Below are positions 1 through 8,509 of a DNA stretch of 64,000 nucleotides, piece after piece. Location: NCBI GenBank assembly GCA_902786205.1, contig CADABQ010000002.1, positions 108,586 to 172,585 of the forward strand. Direction: 5' to 3'. Made by a program: the position numbers and the translations under genes. The notes beneath the pieces are model-generated. The model was not told the origin of the DNA and made no database searches. It saw only the letters and a list, made by a program, of their open reading frames with translations. The stretch comes from an uncultured Lachnospiraceae bacterium. GTDB taxonomy: Bacteria > Bacillota > Clostridia > Lachnospirales > Lachnospiraceae. Position 1 is the first letter of the stretch. Every line of letters starts with the position of its first letter.

Positions 1-1
1 A

Positions 2-1525
2 ACAAATTTAAAAAATGTAAATTTTAAGAAGATTCTGTCAAAACAGACAAGCAATGTTACTACAAAAGATTCGGCAAATCCTATTATTGTAAAGAAAGAG
101 AATGCTACAGTACAGGTTATGAACGGAAAAGTGCAGGAACAGTTACAGAATACTATAGTGGATGATACATTATCGCAAAACATAGTAGATGGTACTGTGA
201 CCAAGGAAAATGTTCAGGATTATGCATCTGGATGGATTTCTCAAGTAAAGCAGCAGCTATGCCAAGAATTTGGGGTAGATGAAGAACAATTGGATGATTT
301 GATGTCGCAATTAGGCTTGCAGTTTGCGGATTTACTAAATATACAGAATTTGCAACAATTTGTTTTAGCACAGAGTGGTAGTGAAGATGCAACCGTGTTA
401 TTGACAGATGAAAATCTTGGACAGAAATTTCAAAATACAATGCAAGTTTTAGAAAATATTACAGAGATAGCTGTTCAGGAGAGTGGGTTAAGTCCTCAAA
501 TGTTCCAAGATGCGGTTAAAGATTTTGAAACAATTTCTCCCCAGGATGGGAACGTAATGACTGAAACAGAGCAATCCCGAGAAGCAGTTCTAGTAAAAGC
601 GGATAAATCAGTGGATGCGGTGGTGGTTAAGGAAACCGATGAAATTGTATCAGAAGGTAAAAAAGGAGATACTACAGGTTCAGAGGAGCGTCCTATTCAG
701 GATATTTTCCAAGAACAATTGCAGGAGCAGCCAAACAAGAATCAGACTGTTGTAACAGAAGAAAAACCAGTCAAAAATGAGAAGCAGGAAACGCAGATAC
801 CTGTAGAAACAAATGAGAAAGTGCAGATAGAAGAGCCAGAGACGGTTACTGATACAGAGGAGATGCAGAGTCCGCATACTATTCTATCAAAACAAATGTC
901 AGAAACAGAAAATGGTACAGGAGCATTTGACCAAAGACAAGAGGATTCATCCTCAAATGAGCAACCTAAAATGGAAAAGCCATTGTTTGACCATGTTGTT
1001 ACAAATACAACGACATCGGATATTGGACAGGTAGAAATGGTAAATGAAAAGGTGGAAGTGATACAACAATTTCGAGAAGTTGTTGAACAGGTTGTTACGC
1101 AAATAAAGGTAATGGTATCTGAAGATACTTCTGAGATGACTATGCAGTTAAATCCAGAAAGTTTGGGAAAAGTAAATCTTTCTGTTGTTACAAAACAAAG
1201 TCATATTACGGCACAGTTTGTGACAGAAAATGAAGTTGCTAGACAGGCATTGGAAAGTCAGGTACAGCAATTAAGAGAGACATTGGGACAACAAGGACTT
1301 AAAGTTGATAAAGTAGAAGTAAGTGTATCTGATTTTAACTTTAATCAGGGTAATGAAACCAATGCAGAAGAACAGAAAGAACAACAGAGAAAAGGATATG
1401 CAAAACAGCTTCAAAAAAATCTTAATATAAAAGATTTGGATGGATTAGATGGTTTATCAGAAAGAGAGCAATTGGCCATTAAGATTATGCAAAGCAATGG
1501 AAATCAGATTGATTATACAGCTTAG
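2..1525 (+). CDS. fliK: Flagellar hook-length control protein FliK (5' end probably outside the window)
   Basis: C-terminal FliK-type domain MQLNPESLGKVNLSVV...ITAQFVTENEVARQALESQVQQLRETLGQQGLKVDKVEV. Q/E/T-rich N-half. Directly upstream of flgD. The frame has no stop from nt 2 to the first in-window ATG (119), so the true start may lie upstream of the window. Confidence 0.85.
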   Translation, partial: TNLKNVNFKKILSKQTSNVTTKDSANPIIVKKENATVQVMNGKVQEQLQNTIVDDTLSQNIVDGTVTKENVQDYASGWISQVKQQLCQEFGVDEEQLDDLMSQLGLQFADLLNIQNLQQFVLAQSGSEDATVLLTDENLGQKFQNTMQVLENITEIAVQESGLSPQMFQDAVKDFETISPQDGNVMTETEQSREAVLVKADKSVDAVVVKETDEIVSEGKKGDTTGSEERPIQDIFQEQLQEQPNKNQTVVTEEKPVKNEKQETQIPVETNEKVQIEEPETVTDTEEMQSPHTILSKQMSETENGTGAFDQRQEDSSSNEQPKMEKPLFDHVVTNTTTSDIGQVEMVNEKVEVIQQFREVVEQVVTQIKVMVSEDTSEMTMQLNPESLGKVNLSVVTKQSHITAQFVTENEVARQALESQVQQLRETLGQQGLKVDKVEVSVSDFNFNQGNETNAEEQKEQQRKGYAKQLQKNLNIKDLDGLDGLSEREQLAIKIMQSNGNQIDYTA

Positions 1526-1539
1526 AAAGGAGGAGTAAA

Positions 1540-2331
1540 ATGGATACAGCAGCAGTAAATAATGGGAAAGTAGTAGATAATGATGCGATTTCTACTACAA
1601 AAACCTCTGTAAAAGGTTCTAGTAACCTCGGAAAAGATGCATTTTTACAGCTTTTGGTTGCGCAAATGAAATATCAGGATCCTTTGGAACCTTCATCGGA
1701 TACAGAATGGATTGCACAGTTGGCACAGTTTTCAAGTTTGGAAGAAATGCAAAATATGAGTAGTACATTGAGCAATACACAAGCATTTACGATGGTTGGA
1801 AAAACAGTAAATGTAGTTTCGGATGGTAAAACAATAGAGGGTGTTGTAGACAGTGTAACTGTAAAGGGAAATACTGCCTATGTTTGTATTGATGGAAACT
1901 CTTATAAAGCAAGTGATGTTACTGCGGTTTTAGGAGATTCTTATATGCAAAAGAAATATGGTCCAAAGGTTGGAAAACAGGAGGTTACCTTTGAACATGA
2001 TGCGCCAGAAGATATTAAAATCTCTCTTTCATTGGGAGAAGGAAATTATGCAGCTAGTGGATTGTATGTTGCTATCAATAATAAATTGATTGATGGAAGC
2101 AATTTAGAGTATGACGATAAAAATGGAATTCTTACCATAAAGAAAGAAGCACTTTCTGGTTTGGAAGGTGGAAAGAAATATGATATTTCATTTATTTTTG
2201 ACGATGCAAGTTCCACAACAATATCTGGAAATGTATCTTTGCAGGTAAATGGAGAAGCAAAGACACCGGATGAAACAGATGATACAAACGATACAGATAA
2301 TGCAGATAATGCAGATCAACAGACAGAATGA
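1540..2331 (+). CDS. flgD: Flagellar hook capping/assembly protein FlgD
   Basis: FlgD N-terminal motif LGKDAFLQLLVAQMKYQDPLEP. GGAGG RBS upstream of the ATG. Position fliK-flgD-flgE. Confidence 0.9.
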   Translation: MDTAAVNNGKVVDNDAISTTKTSVKGSSNLGKDAFLQLLVAQMKYQDPLEPSSDTEWIAQLAQFSSLEEMQNMSSTLSNTQAFTMVGKTVNVVSDGKTIEGVVDSVTVKGNTAYVCIDGNSYKASDVTAVLGDSYMQKKYGPKVGKQEVTFEHDAPEDIKISLSLGEGNYAASGLYVAINNKLIDGSNLEYDDKNGILTIKKEALSGLEGGKKYDISFIFDDASSTTISGNVSLQVNGEAKTPDETDDTNDTDNADNADQQTE

Positions 2332-2363
2332 TGTTTGTTTAAAAAAGGAAAGGTGGGAGGACA

Positions 2364-2777
2364 ATGAATATTTTACAAAATAATTATGCTTCCATCGAGC
2401 GTATGCGGCAACAACTTGGAACAGGAAAACAAGTATTACCTAAGGCGGATAATAAAGTAGAGACAAAAAATTCGTCTACAAGTTTTGCACAGGTTTTACA
2501 ACAAAAAGAGCAAGAAACAACAGCGAAATCTTCCTTACATTTTTCAAAACATGCCAATGAACGGTTGGCGAGTCGGCAAATTTCATTATCAATGGAACAA
2601 GTACAAAGACTGGAAAATAGCGCTGATCGGGCAAGAGAAAAAGGAATACAAGAATCCTTAATTATGGTAGATAGCTTGGCATTTATTGTAAATGTAAAGA
2701 ATAATACTGTTATTACGGCAGTAAATGATGTAAAAGATGCTGTTTTTACTAACATTGATGGGGCAGTAATTGGATAA
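2364..2777 (+). CDS. Small flagellar-operon protein of unknown function (family found between flgD and flgE in Firmicutes)
   Basis: 137 aa with a GGTGGGAGG RBS just upstream. Conserved position between flgD and flgE. The segment HFSKHANERLASRQISL...LAFIVNVKNNTVITAV resembles what I recall as the TIGR02530 flagellar operon protein family. This is a memory-based assignment. Confidence 0.55.
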   Translation: MNILQNNYASIERMRQQLGTGKQVLPKADNKVETKNSSTSFAQVLQQKEQETTAKSSLHFSKHANERLASRQISLSMEQVQRLENSADRAREKGIQESLIMVDSLAFIVNVKNNTVITAVNDVKDAVFTNIDGAVIG

Positions 2778-2895
2778 CTAAAAACGAAAATGTGCAAAAG
2801 CTGGACCTTATTGGGAGCTTTCACCTTTGAATGACAGAAAAGGTGGCACAAAAAGGGGAGCGCAGGAGTTGCGCGAAAATAGGAGGAAATGACTT

Positions 2896-4368
2896 ATGAT
2901 GAGATCATTATATTCTGGTGTAGCAGGATTAAAAACACATCAGACAAAAATGGATGTAATTGGTAATAATATTGCAAATGTTAATACAGTGGGATTTAAA
3001 TCAAGTAGTGTGAATTTTTCAGATGTATTGTATCAAACAACACAAAGTGCCTCTGGTGCGAATAGTACAACAGGAGTGACAGGTACAAATGCAAAACAGA
3101 TAGGTCTTGGTACTAAAGTGGCTTCTATTACTACATCTGTATCCAATACGGGTGGTTCGCAGTCTACGGATCGTTCTTTGGATTGCATGATTGAAGGAGA
3201 TGCTTTTTTTGTTGTAAATTATGGTGGTTCCAATTATTTCACAAAGGCAGGATCGTTCTTTGTAGATGGCTCTGGTACTTTGTGTACTGCAGCAGGTGCC
3301 TCTGTTATGGGATGGGGTGTAGATAGCAATGGAACGGATATTGTACGAGATGCTGTAAAGCCATTGACAGTTATGAGCGCAGAAAATAGAAGCTCTGCTC
3401 CAGAAGCTACTAAAAATACATATCTTACCGGTAATGTAGATTCTACAGATAAACAACTATCTTCTGATAATGGAGTTGCAATGCAGGTACAGTTTTATGA
3501 CAGCCTTGGAAATAGTTATAGTTTAAAATTAGCTTTGAAGCAGGCGGTTGATACGACAAATAATGTTGCGATAGACGGACAATACACAATTGTACCAACT
3601 GATATTTTAGATGAAGATGGAAAATCTATTTTTTATACGGTAGATGATGTTGGAATCAAGACTTTAGTTAACGAAAGTGCGACTACTCCGATTAAATTTA
3701 AAATTGGAGAACAAGAGTATGAAGCGACTGTGGATAATAATGAATTGAAAATAACTGGAGATGAAAATAGTTTGGTCTTTAATACATCAACAGGTTCTTT
3801 TAAAAATGTAGGACAAGATCCAGCTGCAGATCCAACGAGTGATTCTGTAAAATTTACATTGGGAGATACCACAGCAGTAGATTCACCATTTAAAGAAATT
3901 GATATTGATTTTTCTACTTTGACGCAGTATGCAGGAAATGGAAAATGTAATCTGGAAGGACAAAGAGGTAAAAAGGATGGTTCTGGAGTAGGAGCAGGGC
4001 GTACAATGGGAGAAATGACTGGTCTTAGTATTGATAATCAAGGTAAGATTTATGGCTCCTATGACAATGGAACTTCAAAATTATTAGGACAGATTGCAGT
4101 TACTACTTTTGCAAATGCGACCGGTTTGGAATCTATTGGAAACAGTATGTTTGCGACAACGCAGAACTCAGGTGATTTTGATGGAATTGGAAAAGATATA
4201 ACAGAGGCTGGTGGAAAGATTAATACGAGTGTATTGGAAATGTCAAATGTAGATTTGTCTTCTGAATTTACAAATATGATCACTACACAGCGTGGTTTCC
4301 AGGCAAATTCTAGAATTATAACTACATCCGATACGATGTTAGAAGAATTGATTAATCTTAAGAGATAA
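2896..4368 (+). CDS. flgE: Flagellar hook protein FlgE
   Basis: N-terminal rod/hook motif MMRSLYSGVAGLKTHQTKMDVIGNNIANVNTVGFK. C-terminal LEMSNVDLSSEFTNMITTQRGFQANSRIITTSDTMLEELINL. AGGAGG RBS. Confidence 0.95.
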   Translation: MMRSLYSGVAGLKTHQTKMDVIGNNIANVNTVGFKSSSVNFSDVLYQTTQSASGANSTTGVTGTNAKQIGLGTKVASITTSVSNTGGSQSTDRSLDCMIEGDAFFVVNYGGSNYFTKAGSFFVDGSGTLCTAAGASVMGWGVDSNGTDIVRDAVKPLTVMSAENRSSAPEATKNTYLTGNVDSTDKQLSSDNGVAMQVQFYDSLGNSYSLKLALKQAVDTTNNVAIDGQYTIVPTDILDEDGKSIFYTVDDVGIKTLVNESATTPIKFKIGEQEYEATVDNNELKITGDENSLVFNTSTGSFKNVGQDPAADPTSDSVKFTLGDTTAVDSPFKEIDIDFSTLTQYAGNGKCNLEGQRGKKDGSGVGAGRTMGEMTGLSIDNQGKIYGSYDNGTSKLLGQIAVTTFANATGLESIGNSMFATTQNSGDFDGIGKDITEAGGKINTSVLEMSNVDLSSEFTNMITTQRGFQANSRIITTSDTMLEELINLKR

Positions 4369-4390
4369 TTAATGATATGGAGTAGGATCG

Positions 4391-4432
4391 AGAGTCAAAT
4401 GCTTTGCTTTTTTTGACAAAGTATTTGACTCT
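4391..4432 (+). other. Strong 16-17 bp hairpin just downstream of flgE, without a U tract
   Basis: AGAGTCAAATGCTTTG (4391-4406) pairs with CAAAGTATTTGACTCT (4417-4432), with one G-U pair. It is followed by GTAATC, not a T run. It could be a stability, processing or leaky termination element. Confidence 0.5.
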
Positions 4433-4530
4433 GTAATCTTACAGTAGCTATGCGCTATGTAGATTGTTTTATAAACATTCACTTTAGAGTGGCTGATATA
4501 ATTTGTGAAATGGTTTTGGGGTTGGTATGA

Positions 4531-4554
4531 TTTTGTGAATATACATTCACAAAA
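4531..4554. promoter_or_regulatory. Perfect palindrome TTTGTGAAT-ATAC-ATTCACAAA, part of an array of GTGAA(A/T)/ATTCAC half-sites
   Basis: 9-bp arms at 4532-4540 and 4545-4553. Additional half-sites: ATTCAC at 4477-4482 and TTGTGAAA at 4502-4509. The array lies ~30 nt upstream of the -35 of the flbD promoter. Confidence 0.35.
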
Positions 4555-4582
4555 AAAGAATTAAAAAAGAAATATAATCGAT

Positions 4583-4611
4583 TTGCAAAAAATACCAGAA
4601 TTCGTTATAAT
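4583..4611 (+). promoter_or_regulatory. Sigma-A-type promoter upstream of flbD-motAB
   Basis: TTGCAA (4583-4588), 17-nt spacer, TATAAT (4606-4611). Confidence 0.6.
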
Positions 4612-4716
4612 AAAAGTGATAGAGTGTAAAAAGTAATTTAACTTCTATCAGTTGAGCATAAGATGAAGCAGAATAATAGGACAGAGGGATAAGTGATAGG
4701 GGGATAAGGAAAAAGT

Positions 4717-4911
4717 ATGATTAATTTAACAAAATTGAATGGGGATTCGTTTGTTTTGAATGCAGAGCTAATTAAGACAGTAGAGGAAACGCCGGATACT
4801 GTAATTACAACTACAACCGGACATAAATTTATTGTACAGGAAAAAGCAGAAGAAGTTGTAAAAAAGACAGTAGAGTACAAAAAAAGTATTTTTATGAATT
4901 TTATGAAATGA
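4717..4911 (+). CDS. flbD: Flagellar protein FlbD
   Basis: 64 aa starting MINLTKLNGDSFVLNAELIKTVEETPDTVITTTTGHKFIVQE, typical of FlbD. Sits immediately upstream of motA. Confidence 0.85.
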   Translation: MINLTKLNGDSFVLNAELIKTVEETPDTVITTTTGHKFIVQEKAEEVVKKTVEYKKSIFMNFMK

Positions 4912-4926
4912 TAGGTGGTGTGAATT

Positions 4927-5724
4927 GTGGATATAGCTTCAATTATAGGTTTGGTTATGTGTTTTGGTTTTATGATTTTGGGAATTGTAACGGGAGATCA
5001 GGGTGCGGCAGCCTTAGGTAACTTCTATGATACGACATCTGTATTTGTTACTTTTGGTGGTGCATTTATGTGTACACTTATTATGACAGATGGAATTCCA
5101 CAATATTTAGCAAACCTAAAGAGTTTTAAACTGATATTAAAAAAGAAAACGACAAATGAAATCGAGGTCATTAAACAGGTAATCGATTTATCGAATATAT
5201 CACGTAAAGAAGGATTGCTTGCATTGGAAGAAGCTGCTGCAAATGTAGATGATGAATTTTTGAAAAAAGGACTTCTTTTGATTGTAGATGGTACAGATCC
5301 TGAATTGGTACGTAGTATTATGGAGACAGAGCAGATTGCAGTGGAAGATAGACATAAAACAGTTATTTCCTTTTGGGAAAATTTAGCGAGTATGGGACCT
5401 GCATGGGGTATGATCGGTACGTTGATCGGATTGATCAACATGTTGAAGAAGTTAAGTGATGTTAGTTCTGTTGGACCAAACATGGCGGTAGCTCTTATTA
5501 CAACCTTCTATGGTTCTGTGCTTGCAAACTGGATTGCAACACCGACGGCGACAAAATTAAAAGCCAATAACGATAAAGAAATTACGGTAAGAAATATTAT
5601 GGTAGAAGGGTTACTATCTATACAGGCTGGTGAAAATCCACGTGTAATTGAAGAAAAGTTGAAATCGTTCCTTGCACCAAAGGAGCGTGAAGCAGTTGCA
5701 GAAGGCGAAGGTGGTGAAGAATAA
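4927..5724 (+). CDS. motA: Flagellar stator protein MotA
   Basis: GTG start. Multi-TM protein with MotA/TolQ/ExbB channel motifs GPAWGMIGTLIGLINML and ALITTFYGSVLANWI. Confidence 0.9.
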   Translation: MDIASIIGLVMCFGFMILGIVTGDQGAAALGNFYDTTSVFVTFGGAFMCTLIMTDGIPQYLANLKSFKLILKKKTTNEIEVIKQVIDLSNISRKEGLLALEEAAANVDDEFLKKGLLLIVDGTDPELVRSIMETEQIAVEDRHKTVISFWENLASMGPAWGMIGTLIGLINMLKKLSDVSSVGPNMAVALITTFYGSVLANWIATPTATKLKANNDKEITVRNIMVEGLLSIQAGENPRVIEEKLKSFLAPKEREAVAEGEGGEE

Positions 5725-6533
5725 TGGCAAAGAGAAAGCCGGAGGAAGCACCAAAAGGGTCACCTGCATGGATGTCGACCTTTAGTGATTTGATGAACTT
5801 ATTGCTTTGCTTCTTTGTGTTGTTGTTTTCCATGTCTTCGGTTGATAGCTCGAAATATGAAGAACTTGTTGTCTCTTTAAATGAAAGTTTTGGTATATTT
5901 AAGAGTGGAGGAAGTGCCATAGGAGAAGGTGTTTTGATTTCTAGCGGTGTCAGTCAGCTAAATAATTTAGATGATTATTTTAGCGACATGGGAAAATCTG
6001 CAAAAGAAACCGAAGATGGTGATCCTATGCAAGATTATAAAGAGGAACTAAAAAAAGAACAGCAAGAAGAAGTGGAAGAAATGTATGATGAATTATCAGA
6101 AATGGTGGAAAATGGAAAGCTTCAAAATGACGTGAAACTTGGAATTGATGACAATTATCAATACGTAAAGATTTCCTTAAGTGGAGCTATTTTATTTGGT
6201 TCTGGACAGGCTGAATTTCTACCACAAGCAAAGCCGATTCTAAGCCGTGTTGGTGATATTTTGAAAATGTATGATAATTCTTTGATAAAAATAGAGGGAC
6301 ACACGGATAATATTCCGATTGCTAAAGCAAAATATAGAGATAATATGGAACTTTCTACTGCGCGTGCCATGAGTGTGTGGAAATTCTTTATAGATAAGAA
6401 GGGGTTGAATCCAAAAACTTTAGAAGCATCTGGTCGCAGTCAGTATGATCCAATTGCAAGTAATAAAACTGCAGCTGGAAGGGCAAAGAATAGACGTGTC
6501 GAAATTAAGATTTATAGGGAAGATATTAAATAA
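5724..6533 (+). CDS. motB: Flagellar stator protein MotB (OmpA-like peptidoglycan-binding C-terminus)
   Basis: The ATG overlaps the motA stop by 1 nt. N-terminal PAWMSTFSDLMNLLLCFFVLLFSMS. C-terminal GHTDNIPI...LSTARA...NRRVEI. Confidence 0.9.
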   Translation: MAKRKPEEAPKGSPAWMSTFSDLMNLLLCFFVLLFSMSSVDSSKYEELVVSLNESFGIFKSGGSAIGEGVLISSGVSQLNNLDDYFSDMGKSAKETEDGDPMQDYKEELKKEQQEEVEEMYDELSEMVENGKLQNDVKLGIDDNYQYVKISLSGAILFGSGQAEFLPQAKPILSRVGDILKMYDNSLIKIEGHTDNIPIAKAKYRDNMELSTARAMSVWKFFIDKKGLNPKTLEASGRSQYDPIASNKTAAGRAKNRRVEIKIYREDIK

Positions 6534-6549
6534 TATGAGGAGGTAGAGT

Positions 6550-7077
6550 ATGAAAAAGAACATATTCACAATTATCATTATGGCCTTGGCAGTAATAAAT
6601 GTGATATTAACAGCAGTAATTGTTTTTACTACGGTTCCGGCCATGAATCGAACCAATAATTTAGTGAAACAGATTTCTCAGATGGTGGACTTAGAATTGG
6701 AATCCTCTGAGAAAAATGATGATGCGGTTGTAAGTGTAAAAGATAAAGAAAATCATACATTTAAAAATGCATCAGAAGGAACAATTACGATTAATTTACA
6801 AAATAGTGCAGATGGAGGTAAGCATTATGCACAGTTGGATGCGGTATATGTAACCGTAAACAAGTCGGCAGACGGGTATAAGGATTTAGTTTCTATTTTG
6901 GATAAAAAGGGAAGCGATGTAATTGAAATTGTGACAAATGTTATTGCAAGTTATGATTACGAGCGTATCACAACAGAAAAATCGCAATTAAAAACAGATA
7001 TCGTAAGTAAGTTGCAGGAATTCTTTGAATCAGATGCAATTATTGATGTTTCTTTTGATAATTTATGTTTCCAGTAA
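6550..7077 (+). CDS. fliL: Flagellar basal-body-associated protein FliL
   Basis: 175 aa with a single N-terminal TM (IFTIIIMALAVINVILTAVIVF). Size and position after motB are typical. The call is mainly positional. Confidence 0.7.
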   Translation: MKKNIFTIIIMALAVINVILTAVIVFTTVPAMNRTNNLVKQISQMVDLELESSEKNDDAVVSVKDKENHTFKNASEGTITINLQNSADGGKHYAQLDAVYVTVNKSADGYKDLVSILDKKGSDVIEIVTNVIASYDYERITTEKSQLKTDIVSKLQEFFESDAIIDVSFDNLCFQ

Positions 7078-7137
7078 TTGATGTTGAACTTGCTTTAATG
7101 TTATATTTATGCTATAGAAAAGTTTGATGCTAAGAAT

Positions 7138-7177
7138 AGGGATAGAATGTGGAATGCATTCTGTCTCTTTCGTTTTT
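7138..7177 (+). terminator. Intrinsic terminator after fliL
   Basis: GATAGAATG (7141-7149) pairs with CATTCTGTC (7157-7165), extendable at the base. Followed by TCTCTTTCGTTTTT. Confidence 0.6.
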
Positions 7178-7389
7178 AAAAAGTAGAAAAAATTATATTC
7201 AGTAAGACACTATTTGATATTCGTTTGAATAAAGTTTATTTAGCAGTTTTTTGAAAAGGACATGAAAAAAATTAGACGGAAAATGAAACAAAAGATAAAT
7301 AAAGGAATGTTTTTTTGATTGCAAAATGTGGAGTTGAAGAAAAAAATGTCAAAAAACGAAAAAAAAGGACTAAAAAGTGAAAATATGCT

Positions 7390-7417
7390 TTGATTTAGTC
7401 GAAAAGTGTGATATGAT
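7390..7417 (+). promoter_or_regulatory. Sigma-A-type (extended -10) promoter upstream of fliM
   Basis: TTGATT (7390-7395), 16-nt spacer ending in TGA, TATGAT (7412-7417). Confidence 0.5.
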
Positions 7418-7526
7418 ATATTTGTGTTATTTAAATGATAAAATGCGTGGACGAAATTCATTTGAATCCAACCATATATCATGTATAAGTATGACTAGTT
7501 TGAGAAGATAGGATGAGGTGAGATAA

Positions 7527-8507
7527 ATGGGTGAGGTCTTATCGCAGGATGAGATTGACAATTTGTTAGCAGCGATGAACAGTGGAGATTTCGATGCAGA
7601 CGATATGAAAGAGGATGCTGATAAAAGTGTAAAAGTGTATGATTTTGCCAGACCGTCTAAATTTTCGAAAGAACATTTAAGAACGCTAGAAATCATTTTT
7701 GAACATTATGGAAGACTTTTATCGACAAACTTACCTGCTTATTTTCGAAAGACAGTACAGGTGGATGTGATGAATTCAGAAGCAATCACATACTCGGAAT
7801 TTTCTAATGCACTTTCAAATCCGGTTATATTGGGAGTTGTAAGTGTTGCTCCGTTGGAGGGAAATTTTATTCTTGAACTTGCTGACAATTTGGGATATAC
7901 AATTATTGATCGTATGCTGGGTGGTAGTGGAAAACCATTAGACAAGACAAGAGATTTTACTGAGGTGGAATTGATTATAATCGAGCGTATTATGAATGTT
8001 TGTACAAATCTTTTAATCGAACCATGGGAAAGTGTAGTGAGCATTGAACCTAGATTGGAAAGAATCGAGACAAATTCGCAGTTTGCGCAGATTATTTCAC
8101 CAAGTGAGATGATTGCCATTGTTACAATGAATATTAGTATTGGAACAGTGGAAGGACTAATGAATGTTTGTATTCCATATACCACAGTGGAAGACGTAAT
8201 TGATAAATTAAACACAAAATATTGGTATGCAAGTATGCAGGTAAAAGATGAGGAAATCTATCAGGAAATGATAGAACATACAATATCAAAGGCCAAGATA
8301 CCAATAAAGGCAGTATTAGGTAAGAGTACAATATCAGTTAATGATTTTGTAAATATTCAGGTTGGTGACATCATTCGATTGAACACAAAAACAGATGATG
8401 AATTGAATGTTTATGTGGGAAATATCAATAAGTTTACAGCAGTTCCGGGAGCCTCTTCGGATATGTATGCAGTTAGATTGACGTCAGTGATAAGGGAGGA
8501 AATGTAA
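7527..8507 (+). CDS. fliM: Flagellar motor switch protein FliM
   Basis: N-terminal CheY-P binding motif LSQDEIDNLL. 326 aa with a FliM middle domain and SpoA-type C-terminal domain. Confidence 0.95.
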   Translation: MGEVLSQDEIDNLLAAMNSGDFDADDMKEDADKSVKVYDFARPSKFSKEHLRTLEIIFEHYGRLLSTNLPAYFRKTVQVDVMNSEAITYSEFSNALSNPVILGVVSVAPLEGNFILELADNLGYTIIDRMLGGSGKPLDKTRDFTEVELIIIERIMNVCTNLLIEPWESVVSIEPRLERIETNSQFAQIISPSEMIAIVTMNISIGTVEGLMNVCIPYTTVEDVIDKLNTKYWYASMQVKDEEIYQEMIEHTISKAKIPIKAVLGKSTISVNDFVNIQVGDIIRLNTKTDDELNVYVGNINKFTAVPGASSDMYAVRLTSVIREEM

Positions 8508-8509
8508 GA

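Noticed and set aside
4531-4554. Calling the palindrome a Rex operator.
   Set aside because: The half-sites match TTGTGAA/TTCACAA, but the spacer is 6 nt rather than the 4 nt of the Rex consensus as I recall it. Read as Crp-type TGTGA/TCACA, the spacing is N8 rather than N6. I kept it only as an unassigned operator candidate.
7432-7457. A sigma-28 (SigD) promoter upstream of fliM (TAAA-N14-GACGAAAT).
   Set aside because: Only 6/8 match in the -10 element, with sub-optimal spacing. A better sigma-A extended -10 promoter lies 20 nt upstream. fliM-class genes are normally not SigD-dependent.
7240-7482. 80-aa minus-strand ORF in the fliL-fliM spacer.
   Set aside because: It is the translation of poly-A/T-rich spacer sequence, F/I/N-rich, with no RBS. 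It overlaps the predicted fliM promoter.
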